Origin: Balanoglossus misakiensis
Taxonomy: Eukaryota > Animalia > Hemichordata
Length of the DNA stretch: 64,000 nucleotides
NCBI GenBank assembly: GCA_040954595.2
Contig: CM082598.2
Location: 4,283,837-4,347,836, forward strand
Direction: 5' to 3'
Position numbers and translations under genes: made by a program. The notes under the pieces were generated by a model. That model saw nothing but the letters and a program-made list of their open reading frames with translations. It was not told the origin of the DNA and made no database searches. Below are positions 13,128 to 25,647 of the stretch, piece after piece. The first letter of the stretch is position 1. Each line of letters begins with the position of its first letter.

Positions 13128-14170
13128 CTTGGTTGTTGATATGTTAATAATTTGCTTCCTCCAATGTCGGGGGGGGGGGGGGGGGGGGGTGTGCACACCC
13201 ATACCCCAGAATGTATTGTATGTTTATTAATTTTACCCCCTAACAGACAACTGTAAAACTGATCTGAAACATTTGCCCCTTTCAATAGCACTCACAGAAA
13301 ACTACAGCAGCATAATTATTTGGCAAGATATCCCTTTTATTGCATACATAATATATTTACAATGCCGTCATGGAACTTATCCTACCTACTGTAGAAGTAT
13401 CAATTAATTTTTGTTATCAGATTATGTGGAGATTATAACCAATTCTTATTTCCATTATTTCCATCTGGTTATCTGCTGTATAATGAAAATTAGATGTAGA
13501 GTATGGTGAGGTCTGTACTATGAAGTGCTCAGCAGGTCATCATCTGAAGATGTATGTATGTGTGTGTGCTATCCCCAAACCCCTTAATGTTGTTCTTTAC
13601 CTCTCAACTGAACGGTATTTTTCAATGTGAAAATCAGCCAAATCTGCCTCAAATTTAAAGAAGTGATGACAACATAAGAAGTCAACTTTACAGTAATAAA
13701 TGTTACTGTTTATTCAAAACTCTCACTGCTTGAAAACTTATGCATTAAAACTCCAACATTCATGTTGCTAAGGTCCAACCATGCTGTGATATCAGTCCCT
13801 AATGATTAGATTGGATCATGTCCACAGTGACCTGCAGCTTTTAAAAAGACAATAGCAACTCATGATCTAATCATCTTTTTCTATGTTACATTATATTAAA
13901 TCCAACTATAATTTCAACAAAATTCATGCTTTCATTGATCTGAGGTCCATACAAAGGTTCCCAACAAAATGCGAAAATAAAGTTTTTCGGAGATAACAAT
14001 GTAGTGGAATACGAGAACGTGAAAATTATCATCGCGTAACAGTTGCCTCTTTTGATATCATGAAAATTTCCTGTTGTGAAAATTTCCCGTTTTACAGTAC
14101 AACTGTGACGTTTAAGACTTGGATACAGAAACAGAGCTTGAGTTCTTTTGGGAACGTTTGCCAAATAGCT

Positions 14171-14263
14171 TTAACCCCTACACCACCATGGTTTGGTCAA
14201 ACTCCATTGTTCTCAGTGGCAATGCTGGACCTCTATACAGGGAAATGGGGGGTGAAAGGGTTC
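14171..14263. mobile_element. MITE family C abutting the TSG101 stop codon
   Basis: ttaacccctacaccaccatggtttggtc...gggggtgaaagggttca; the right-hand target site overlaps the TSG101 TGA. Confidence 0.75.
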
Positions 14264-17200
14264 AATTTGCTGCAATTTCACTGAGTCCGGCCTTCTGCCT
14301 TGCTTTCTGCATCAACGCTCGACAGATGAATTGTCTTCTGGACAGATCTCGTACATGCTGAACAAAAATAAAAAAACAGAGAAATTTAATTCTGAATCCT
14401 GATAAAGTATGAATGTCCCAACATGAGGAGACTTCTGCAGGGGCTCTCTCTCTGAACCATGTATATTTAGGTTAACGGGACATCAGCTGTAACTTGTGCC
14501 AACATGTAATAGGGGTGACTCCCCCGGGCCCTGTCTCGAAGAAACACTGTGTTTATTGTACATCCTCACACTTACTTTAAGAAATTCCTCCACTCCTATA
14601 ACGCCTTTCCTGAGCGCTTCTCCCAGATAGTAGATGGTGTCTTCGATTGCATTTTCTTCAGCGAAGAGGTTCAGTAATCTGTGGTTGAAATAAAGCAATA
14701 CTCATTACAGGCCTTAGATTTTATGATGCACAGTTGAAATGTATTGTAAACTGGGTTCACCCAGAGTAGAACAAGAAACTGTAGTTAGTACATGGAAGAA
14801 AAATACTGACAAAATAACCAAAAGTTACTGGGGCTTTAACAGAGAGTACAATCAAACCTGTATACAGTGGCCAGTCAAGGGACTTCCTAAACTGGCCTTT
14901 ATAGACAGATGGCCTCTATAGACAGGTCAATTAATGCACATGTATATTGCACAGGAACTGTAACATAGTGGCCACTATATAGAGGTGACCACTATATAGG
15001 GGTGGCCACTAACAGGGGTTTTACTGTACATGTAAATTGCACAGGTACTGTAACATAGTGGCCACTGTATTGAAGTGGCCACTAACACAGTTTGACTGTG
15101 TGTTGTACGCACTAGTACGGGGCTGAGGGGAGCCGTAACATATTGGCGAGGTAGGGCTTGTACCCTCAACCCAACCCCCTCCCCATACTTACTGTTTATA
15201 GAGGGGTGCAGTGGGAACAACAGCATCATCGATGTTGATTTCTTCCTGGTCTTCCATTTTCGTCAAAACCTTCTGGATCTCTTCGTCTTTCTCTTTCAGT
15301 AATCTGATGTTCTTTTGCACTTCATTCTGCGGGGGTAAAGAAATGTGTGAATTGTGAGTAGGCATCATAGTCCAGTGGTTAGAGCATTGGACTCATAAGC
15401 CCAGGCATGGCTGTGGTGTTGTGTTCTTTTGGCAAGGCACTTTACTTCTCATTGCTTCTCCCCACCCAGGAGTAATGGGTACCTGGTAGGACAGAGATTG
15501 CAATGTGTGTGTTTAGCTCTACTGTGCTTATGGCTGCACATGTGAGCTGTTGTTTTGCTCCCCGGGGAGTTGAATGGAATTAAACTAGGTCCGATGACCA
15601 GGGAAATAAATGTAAAGCACATTGAGATGTATATGTTATGCGCTATATAAGAAATCAATATTACATTATAATAACATGATAGGAAGTTTTGAAGAGACAT
15701 GGAAACTTTGAAAGACTGTTTCAGGGTGAAAAATTTCAAGGGAAAACTTGCCTGTTCCTGGTCCAGTTTCTGTATCATTTCTTCCAACGTTCGTTGGCCC
15801 TTCTTCAGTTTCTCTTGAGTGGAATTCAACACATCCATTTCAGCCTGTGGGCAAAGTAAAGGCAATATCAACAAAATAGCATCAACGACACTGTGCTCCC
15901 GTTGTCTTATCTGCCCACACACACACACACGCACACACACACACATGTAGACAAACATTGCCTCATGTACTATGTAGCCCTTCTCCCAACATACAGCAAG
16001 ACATACAGATTGGTTCAAACTGGTAGAACTCCAACACTTACACAAAATACTGCCATCTTTCACCCTTTCACCCCCAATTCCCTCTATAGAGCTCCAACTT
16101 TACCATAGAAAACAATGGATTTGGACCAAACCATTGCAGTGAGAGGGATAATAACCACACCCAAACTCACCTGTGCCTGTTCAAATGTCTCTTTCATACG
16201 CCTCTTCAGTTTATCCTCTACAGCTGATATTAGTGACACTTTGATCTGTTCGTCAGAAATCGACGACTGGTGTGACACTGGTGCATGGCCTCCTACTGTG
16301 CCTACAATGTCACACAAAAGATAAAAAAAAAAGAAAAATTACAAACATAAGCAACAAATTACAAAGTTACAGGCACTTTTTTAAGAAGAATCAGTATTGT
16401 TTTTATTTTGTTCTTTTTCTCGGATACATAATTTCACAATCACATATGAACTTCCATTTGTCAAAACATGAGTAAAATCCACCAAATTAAAATTCCATCC
16501 ACCATGAAATTTTTAGTACACACCTATGCACCAAAAACTATCTAAGGTAGCGAGAATTGCATACTAATACACATTTTCAACTAGTTTTGTAACTTTTCTA
16601 TAAAAAACCCTCAAATGTTGTAACTACTGGTTGTGTCAGATATGCATTAAAGGGACAAAATCTCTCTCTCGCTGGCCTTTTTCCATTAATTATGTTTGAT
16701 ACAAGACGCCGTTTATGTTATTCTACACTACATGTGGATATATGGTAAATCAACATTCGACCACACACAACTTCCATCTCGTTTGTATGATATGAGAGTA
16801 AAAACTCGCCCAAAATGAATAAATGGTAAAGAACAATTATTCATTTTGGCGAGTTTTTTCACTCTCCTGTCTATAAGAGGGATGGAAGTTGTGTGTGGTT
16901 GAACGTTCATTCACTATATATCAACATGTAGAATAACAAACGTTGTCTCTTATTAAATATAATTAATGGAAAAAGGGCAGCGAGAGAGAGACTTTGTCCC
17001 TTTAATAGTTTCGTCTAGCTGACTTACCTGTATGCGCAGTTGATGTTGGATAATTCGATCCTGGATAAGGAGGCTGGGTGCCGGCCTGGTTGTATGCAGG
17101 GTACTGGGAGCTGGGATAACTGGATGTGGGATAGGGTGTATATCCCTGAGCTGTTGAGCTTGGCGGGTAGGGGGGATTGGATTGTTGATACCCCATATTG

Positions 17201-19800
17201 GAGGAGGGGTACCCTGCGGCCCCCGGCATCGGCATATAGGGGTCTGAAAACAGAGTAGCATAACATAAGTATATCAGTTTCTGGTTGATTTTGATTCCAC
17301 TATTAAGAGCCCCAATAGCTGCCACTGGTAACATATTTAAAATCGATAAAATACATCAATGTTCTCTGTATCGACTCGACAGACATTTGCTTTAAAATGC
17401 AGAGTTGCTATCTTCTGACTTTTAAGTTTTATTATGTGAGAAATTGTGGGGGAATGTTTGAGGGGTATACGGATTCTTGGCTATGATGGAGACGGAGACT
17501 TCGAGTCCATTCAAACTAATTTATTACTATAGCTACAACACTAGTACGTTACAGCATAGTGGGTTATTACTCCAGTGAGAAAAGTGGAAAGACCGGATGC
17601 GCTCCAAGTCAATCCACAGCAAGTGCTTCAAGTCGTCTCTCAAAGCAAGTGCTAATGAAAGTAATTAGTGATATGTTTATATAGCTTGTCTCGGCGGGAA
17701 AGTTTCTAATTACCAGATGTGTGATTGGCTATAAATGAGTCATACAGAGACTTGACGTCAGCTAGAATACATCTGACCAAGGTTACTGATATCAATGTCA
17801 AGATCTTTAGTAGACTGTTCTGTTTATACGAAACAATTCTAAACAGAAATTACTTGTACTGAACTATTTTTTTCTTGGAGGAGCTGACTGAACTTAAGGC
17901 ACTGTAATCTACGCGACTACCAGAAATATTGTTTTACTCACTCGCTGTTGGATAGGGTAGTGCTCCACCAGGTGCACCACGACCACCACCCGAGGGTGCC
18001 TGTCCTGGTTGGTAACCAGGTCGAGGAGGCGGTTGGGATTGGCCTGCTGAACGTGAATACACAGGTGAATTCTCCCCAAATATGGCACAGAGTACTTGAA
18101 CTAGGCTCACCAGATCTGATGTTGGCTATTAAAAGAAAGAACGAAAGTCAATACTCCGTTTTTCAAGATCCGGAACGAGATTCTCGAACAGGGCGCGAGA
18201 ACAGTTCAACACGAGGCTGAGATTTTCAGAACACTAAGCATCAAGACCTTTGTCACTTTTACTCTATCATTTTCTTTCCGATATACGGTCTTTACATTAC
18301 ACAAAAGAAAATAGTTAACCCTTTCATCACCACGGTTCAGTCCAACCCCATTGTTTCCAATGGTAAAGTTGGACCTCTAAAATGATAACTGGGGGTGAAA
18401 GGGATACGGTATACATTTGAATCCGAGATTCAGACCAGGCATACCAGAACCAAGAAAAAGAACTTACGTGTCTCCATTCATGCAAATAGGGCAGATAAAT
18501 TCTACCATTGGCATCTACATGTTTTGAAGGTTTAACTAACATATCACTGGTAGGTTTGACAAAGGCCATCGGGGCATTGTAAGGGTGGGTGTCCATCAAC
18601 CATATGCAGACTGGAATATTATACTGTGAGCCTGGCAAGTCAGATAGAAAAGGAAAGTGAAAGTGAAAGTCAACATGATACAGAACGAGGTGACCCCTAT
18701 ATTTTATTTGACCAATGAATGTGTATTTGCTGGACTGAGCTATGAGTAAAATTTCGTGAAAATGACGATAGTAGAAGTTTGTTTTCTGGCGATTATCAAT
18801 GTAATCCTATGGGGGGAAAAACGGGCGCTCAGTGTTTCCGGTTTATGTTCTGCGCATACATCCTTAACACTGTGATATGCGCTCCAGTTTTCGAGCCTTT
18901 ACTGTCGCCGGACCGACACACAAAAAACAATTCCTCAAGACAGACTAGGGACACAATAATTTGTTGAAAGACGACACATACGTGTACAAACACAGATGAT
19001 GACCTTACCTTTGTAATTAACTGGTATAGTTCCTTGTAAACTGATCAAGTCTTTCTTTGTGCCATCATTGAATACTGAGGAGAAATCAACAAACACATAC
19101 TGTAAAACACTTTATTTTCGCGAGATGAAATTTTCGCGATATCGAGAGAGGCCACTGTTTCGCGAGTATTAATTTTCACGTTCTCTTATTTCATTCACTG
19201 CATCGTTATCTTCAAAAAAATTACGCGACTTTTTATTTTCACGCTATTCTGGCTCTTTCGCGAAAATTTATTGCTCGCGAAAATAAAGTGTTTTACAGTA
19301 TATGCTAATGATATGTGATAATAATAAAGTGCTAATTTTTTTAGTGGCCCTAGACACACTCTTCAAATAATTGTACACATGATGAGGGCATTGCAATGTT
19401 CATTTCAGTCTTAGAGGAAACAGTCTTACCATAAGCCTCTTTCTTTGGTCTGAGATCTCTGTATATTGTTAAGACATTGGAGCAGTCTCTCTGCGTCAGG
19501 TCCCTGTAGGAATACTACAACAGAAAACAAGGTAGAGTTAATAAAAACCAAATTGGCCAAGTCCACATAAAGAAGATGTAGCTTGCTTTGTGTCAATATG
19601 GAAAACAAGGACATGATCACCTTGGGAACACTTAGAGGTGACAGTGTGCCTTTAATTTGGTGCAGAAATGGGAAGCACTGTTTTCTGCTTCAAAATGTAG
19701 TAAGTACATCAGAGACAGATGAATTAAGAATGTATTAAAATGAAAAATATTTTTCTACCTGACCAAGATGCTGGCGCAGATACGAATCGTGCTGAGACAT
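14262..19800 (-). CDS. TSG101: Tumor susceptibility gene 101 (ESCRT-I subunit; UEV, Pro-rich, coiled-coil, SB domains), 11 coding exons
   Basis: Exons 19800-19759 (MSQHDSYLRQHLGQ), 19514-19430 (YSYRDLTQRDCSNVLTIYRDLRP), 19074-19009 (FNDGTKKDLISLQGTIPVNYK), 18631-18468 (YNIPVCIWLMDTHPYNAPMAFVKPT...HVDANGRIYLPYLHEW), 18125-17942, 17243-17028, 16301-16171 (SLISAVEDKLKRRMKE), 15844-15752, 15326-15193 (VVPTAPLYKQ), 14678-14576 (AEENAIEDTIYYLGEALRKGVI), 14357-14262 (HVRDLSRRQFICRALMQKARQKAGLSEIAAN*). Confidence 0.97.
16059..16152. mobile_element. MITE family C (inverted copy)
   Basis: ccctttcacccccaattccctctatagagctccaactttaccatagaaaacaatggatttggaccaaaccat...gagaggg. Confidence 0.7.
16647..17005. 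mobile_element. MITE family B, full length
   Basis: ttaaagggacaaaatctctctctcgctg ... cagcgagagagagactttgtccctttaa; long inverted arms. Confidence 0.85.
17445..17845 (-). mobile_element. Solo LTR (401 bp) in TSG101 intron 5
   Basis: TG...CA termini flanked by the 5-bp direct repeat GAAAT (17440-17444 and 17846-17850). On the minus strand, in order: TGACGTCA, TGACTCA, CCAAT, TATATAAA, then AATAAA near the 3' end. Confidence 0.8.
18315..18405. mobile_element. MITE family C
   Basis: ttaaccctttcatcaccacggttc...tggtaaagttggacctcta...gggggtgaaaggg. Confidence 0.75.
19098..19300. mobile_element. MITE family A
   Basis: tactgtaaaacactttattttcgcgag ... ctcgcgaaaataaagtgttttacagta. Confidence 0.85.
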
Positions 19801-20619
19801 GGTTTTGAGAGTTTGACAACACTATGTTCAGATCCCCTGCACTTGTATGTGCAGTACAAACATCTAAGCTTGGAGCTATCGAACAGGCCACTTCACTTCA
19901 GAAGCTCCGGAAACGGATCCTGTTGTCTGTGTAGTTCAGACACCGACCACGTCAGTAGACTTTACAATCTGGCTGAAATATTAACAGCTCCGATGTGTCG
20001 ATGAGTCAGATACTCGTGCGTTACTGTTATGTTGTTAGCAGCGAAATTGAGTTGACTCAAATTATGTTCATGTTTCTTGCATGACGTCGAAGTTCGGCAT
20101 TCATCAAACGAATTCGCACAGGCCACTTATCTTTGCTGGGTATCTGACGATCGTACTGCCTCACATAAAGCGAAAGATGTTCCTCTTCGCGTATAATACA
20201 AGTTCCGGATAAAATTGTCAACCCAGGCAAGACTTTTCTGAGAACGGGTCATAGGTCAACTACCAAGTCTCGTCTGAAATCTCGTCAAGTTCATAATACT
20301 CCTAATTGCGTTTTAATCGCCAGAAGAGCGACATCGAATGACTTTTTGGAGTCAAATTCTTCATTTAAAACATGACTGCTTCCTCATATGTTTTGTCTAT
20401 TCGTCACTCGACATAAAAACTGAAAACTCATCCGCGAGATTTGGTTTATCACATGATGATGACGTCATTGCAGGAAGAAAACTTCGCCATTTTGTAGGAG
20501 TAATTGACCCGGAGCTCGTATCGAAATCCATCAAAATTGTAGCCGATATTTGTTGATTGCCCGGGATAGTGGGATCTATTTATTCTCTTCTGTATAGTGG
20601 TGAATGTAACAATATTCAC
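19801..20619. promoter_or_regulatory. Putative bidirectional promoter and 5' UTRs between TSG101 and RAB21
   Basis: 819 bp between divergent ATGs; relatively CpG-rich; CRE TGACGTCA 20460-20467, YY1-like CGCCATTTT ~20485, ETS-like CCGGAA ~19907 and TTCCGG ~20203. Confidence 0.6.
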
Positions 20620-23600
20620 ATGGCTGCGACTGGATCGGGCAGCGCCAAGAGTTTTAATTTTAAGGTAGTTTTGCTCGGAGAAGGCTGTGTTGGGAAGACT
20701 TCCGTAGTGTTGCGTTACGTTGAAAACAAATTTAACGAAAAACATATATCGACGTTACAGGTAAGTGTGCGTCTGTGTACGTGGCAGTGTTTTTTGACGC
20801 ATCACACAATTAATGCAACACCATCTCAGAATATCAGGAGGCTCGAAAATACAGTGTGACAACTGACAATTAATTATTATTATTTGACTCCATCGAACAG
20901 TTATGTGATAAATAATTCTCGAGGGTCTATGATGAAACGAGCAGTTAATTGCATGCATGACAGATATCACCCCAGCTTTGATTGAATTATACGTCTTGCA
21001 GGCAAAGACTGCTTTGAGTTGCATCTGTAACTGTATGTCACACAGGCCTTCGACTTTTGGCACTGAAATGGAATTCAGCGGACAAACCCATGAACCATAA
21101 TTGATTTACTAAACAATGTGTACATTTCAATTGAAAGCAAATGGACATTGAACGTGTGAGTTACGTGTCAGGACATTTTGTCAGTTTAACTTCGATGATT
21201 AATTTGGCCAGGTGCCATAATGTGACAAATATTTATGATGCAAATACGTGACTGGCATTAAGCACAGGCTTGTATGCACTGGGTCCTTACAGCATGCTTC
21301 AGACATTATTGAGTGTCCTAAGTCAATTTAGGCCACACAGTGAAAAACAGTTATATGCAAATAGGTTGACATCTATGGGGGTGTGTTCAAATTTGGGTCA
21401 AGATAAGTGACTGGTATCTTTGTTTATCACAATATAATTAATGTGACTTGTGAATATTGGACTATATGACATTGGCAGGGCACAACAGTAATACTTGGGG
21501 AGGTTGTAAATTCAACAATTGTAATACCCGTTTTGTTTTGTTTTTCAACTCTATGCAGGCATCATTCCTAACAAAGAAACTGAACATAGGAGGCAGAAGA
21601 GTAAATATAGCAATATGGGTAGGTACAACTTGCGTGTAATCTGACAGTGCCAGGTATTGGTGAGATCCTGTGTGGATGAAAGAGACCCGTCCAGATGACA
21701 TCATAGGTCACCAGGGGGTCAGGGTGCAAAGGTTAAAAAGTGCCTATACTGAACTGTGTTAAAGGATGATGCTATCAGAATAGTCTACAGGGGGAATCAA
21801 TGACAGTCCGAGATAAAGACAGAAATAATCAGTCTGTTCACTGTAAATGGTTGGAATATGATACAGACTACCGGTACATCGGTGTGGTTGATGACAGTCA
21901 AATGAGACCACAGAACAATTACCATGGTACTACCATGGTACTATCCTTATCAAGAACCCTTATAATTGAAAAACTTGATATGTCAATGTGATCACGCGTT
22001 TACATCACTGGAATGTACATGTACATTATGTATATTAAGAGTTTGTATACAATTTCAGGATACAGCCGGACAAGAGAGATTCCACGCACTCGGACCTATC
22101 TACTACAGAGATAGCAATGGTGCCATTCTAGTTTATGATATCACAGATGAAGATTCATTTCAAAAGGTGAGTATACAGTGAATTTCATTTATCATGACAC
22201 CAGGCACTAATTGGACCCCAGATGTGATTTTAGATGTGCCATAAGGCACATAGTAAATAATATGAACGTACACACTTAGTACTATTTGTACACTAAATGG
22301 ATAGTACAAATTGACCAACAAAACACTGATTAATCTAATTCTTCTTTTTTCACAGGTTAAAAATTGGGTTAAAGAATTAAAAAAAATGCTAGGAAATGAT
22401 ATATGTTTATGTATAGCAGGTGAGTCTATTTGAATTTCACTCATTTGTGACATATTTTGCTCAGTCTATATTTACCACAGTAACCCAAATTTGTCAAGAA
22501 AGAATCATCTGAAATTGTGTCGAGCAAAATATAAAAAAAAGTTCAACATTTTCAGACTTTGCTGGGTCTTGGTATTAGACATACAAGTATTCCCTGTGGG
22601 GAGGTGTTCCAATAACAAGTACGACTCACAACTCTCTTTCCTCTGCAGGCAACAAAATAGACTTAGAAAAAGAAAGGCATGTGCCGGTTGCAGAAGCAGA
22701 GGCGTAAGTAGAAATACAAGTATTCAGGATGGTATCAGCAGGGGGGATATTTCCCCCTTTGCCAGAATATTTGAGGGGGATTCTACTCCGGCAAGGGGGG
22801 ACTGTACTATCTTAAACATGTGAATGACATCATTTTGAGGGGCACTGGTTCCCCCTTGACAAATTGCTAGGGGGTGCCAATATGTCAATAGGGATGAATC
22901 CCCCATCCCCCCCCCCCCCCTCCCCCCTGTGAATCTCACAGACACTGTGTTCACTGCATATGGGGATTGATACAATGAAGACAGTTTTTTGTCAGCAACC
23001 TTTTCAGGAGAAAGACGACAATGTTTTATTCTGCATCTACACTTTTATTGTTTCTCATTGCCCATCCCGACCCCAAATAACCTGTGAACTTTGACCCTTG
23101 TATCAGTGAGACATGTAGAGGTAACCCTATGGTGATCTCCCAACAGGTATGCTGCGTCAGTGGGAGCCAAACATTTTCACACGACTGCAAAACTAAACAA
23201 AGGAATTGAAGAAATGTTCCTGGACCTTAGCAAACGTAAGTTAAAACACAGTCAAATACATTCGTTAGTGCCCACCCTATATAGTGGCAACTTTGTTACA
23301 GTCCCTGTGCAATTTACATGTGCATAAGTTAACCTGTCTATAATGGTCTCCTGTCTATAAAGACCAGTCTAGGAAAGTTCCTTGACTGGCCACTATAGAC
23401 AGGTATTACAACTGACAATTGGACATGATCTCAGATTACAGGAAAAAAAATAAAATGGCTATACATTATGGGAAAACGAAACAGAAAAAAAATGTAACGT
23501 TGCTGGATTTTAAAGCAAGACTTTGTCAGTCATGACAGGAGAATCTGAACTCACCAGTTGCTGTTTTCGATGTACTCTGTTTTCAGGAATGATTGAAAGG

Positions 23601-23720
23601 CAATCAGACGAATCCAGAATTACAACCTCGGCACGGACACCACGCAAGACAGTCACGATAGTCGACGACGAACCACAACAAAGCGGGGGAGGGGGATGCT
23701 GTGGGGGTGGGTCGTCCTGA
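20620..23720 (+). CDS. RAB21: Ras-related protein Rab-21, 7 exons
   Basis: Exons 20620-20760 ([34 protein letters not shown]), 21559-21618 ([20 protein letters not shown]), 22059-22166 ([36 protein letters not shown]), 22356-22419, 22649-22703 ([10 protein letters not shown]), 23147-23235, 23587-23720 ([11 protein letters not shown], di-Cys prenylation motif). Confidence 0.97.
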
Positions 23721-25647
23721 TTCCGCAAAATGCATTATCCGACATGTACAGCAACAAATTTACAAGTATACATACACTGTGAAATAGTCCCACCCCCCAG
23801 TACGTAATTGTGTGCAAGACATCTCGACCTGCATCCTTTGCTTCTTAGAAGGTCGCAGCGACCTTCATTCAACAAGGTCATGTTTTTGTTTTTTTTCCGT
23901 GTTTAACTGGTGTGAACAAGAACTTGCCATTTATCTTCAACCCAGACCTCCACATGATACAAATAGCCCGTCGTCGTGTTACTTTTCAAACGTGCCTTTC
24001 TGGCTTGCAAGGGCTGACGAGTTTGTGATTTCACCTTTTGCAGTAGACATGTACAATTCAGTCGAATCAATACCCATCATCTTTCATTTATCAGTATACC
24101 TTCTTATAACATGTACATTGGCCAATAGGTATGCACACTCAAGTAGAAACGGTCACTGCTATCTGTAAACTTTTTATTTGTTATTAGAATTAGCCACAGG
24201 AGTAAAAATATTAAAGGTATCTTTTAAGAGGCAATTGTGCATGTGTGCTTTCCTTGTATAACTCCCACCCAAAAGTGAATTTTTTTGGTTAAAAATTTTA
24301 AATGAACGACTCATATTGTGTCAAATTTGAATTTCAAAATGGCCGCCAATCTAATGTGTTAACTGTATGGAGAAAAATTAAAGTGGTAATTTTCATGAAA
24401 ACACGGTGGTGAATGAATTATTTTCTTCTTTGTTTCCAAAAAGACTTCTCATAAACCTTAATATTGCTAAGAATTAAAAGGTTTGGATGACTATTATTTT
24501 TCTTAAAGCAAGTAAAAAAACCAAGAAAATTATTCCAAAGGTGGCATTTGCACTTTTGTCAAGGATAGGTACAGTTCACAGTTAGTCACGTGGGAATTGA
24601 AATGTATATACACGACGATTGCGTCTATGACATAGGGGATCATTGTGTGGTACAGTTGAATGTAAAGTCGGTTCTTTTGATGTCAACTTATTTGGCTTCT
24701 CTTTGTGTGTGTCATGAAAGACTACAAAAATTTGGGTCAATTCAACCGGCTTCATCAAATATTACACTATGAATTTAGATCTTAGCATGGCACCAATTAT
24801 TTCCCATGGGCAAACCATAGCATACATTGTATATCAACTATACAAATTTGCAAAAAAAGAGAGAAAAATAATCCCAAACATTCTAGATCTGAATTGTTTT
24901 TGGGGTGCATCATCTTCCCTCACAAATATAATTCACTCGATAACGTCGATCGGTACACTGAAAAATTTGGGTTCAGAGACAAAAAAATTTTCTAGTCGAA
25001 AAATCCTGCAGTTTGTAGATGTAATCAACGAGGTGGTACAGCCATGGTCAGACTGTACACTCTTAGCAGAAGTCTCGCTTAGGCTTGATCCTGCTATCAA
25101 CATTTCAAGGGTTACCGCACTTTGATTATTGGAAATTATAGTGTTGATAAGTCCTGTAGTCTAACGTGAAAGATCGTGCATGATCACCCTATTTATTGGA
25201 TACATCAGTGTCGATTGATAGTCTGTATGCGCTGATGATTATCCTATTAGGACTTCCCCTCTTGTGTTGCCTCCTTCTATCTCTTTCAAAATCAAAAGTG
25301 CCCGGCGGGCACTATTCACTATTGAATTCCATCGTTCAGTATAAGTGGGTCTTTCCTTTTGATCTTGTTGTCTCTCAGAGTTGGATAATCATCATTACTC
25401 CGTGGGGAGTGCGATTCTGTGTCTTCCTTTCACGGACTTAACTTTGTTGTGTGTGTTTTGTGGAATGACTGTGCTGGGCTTATTTACATGTATTACATAA
25501 TTCATACATGCCATTCATCAGACATTGGGAAATATAACGATATATATATAATTTCATGCAGATCATATTTCAATTTGGCAATAATCGTTAAATGTGTAAG
25601 TTTCTAACTCTCTAGTTCACAACAAGTCTTGATAGAAAACATTGAAC

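Noticed and set aside
24590-25607. Cluster of short + strand ORFs between RAB21 and CUB-GAIN copy A
   Set aside because: No recognisable domain or consistent exon chain; probably UTR/intergenic or decayed repeat.
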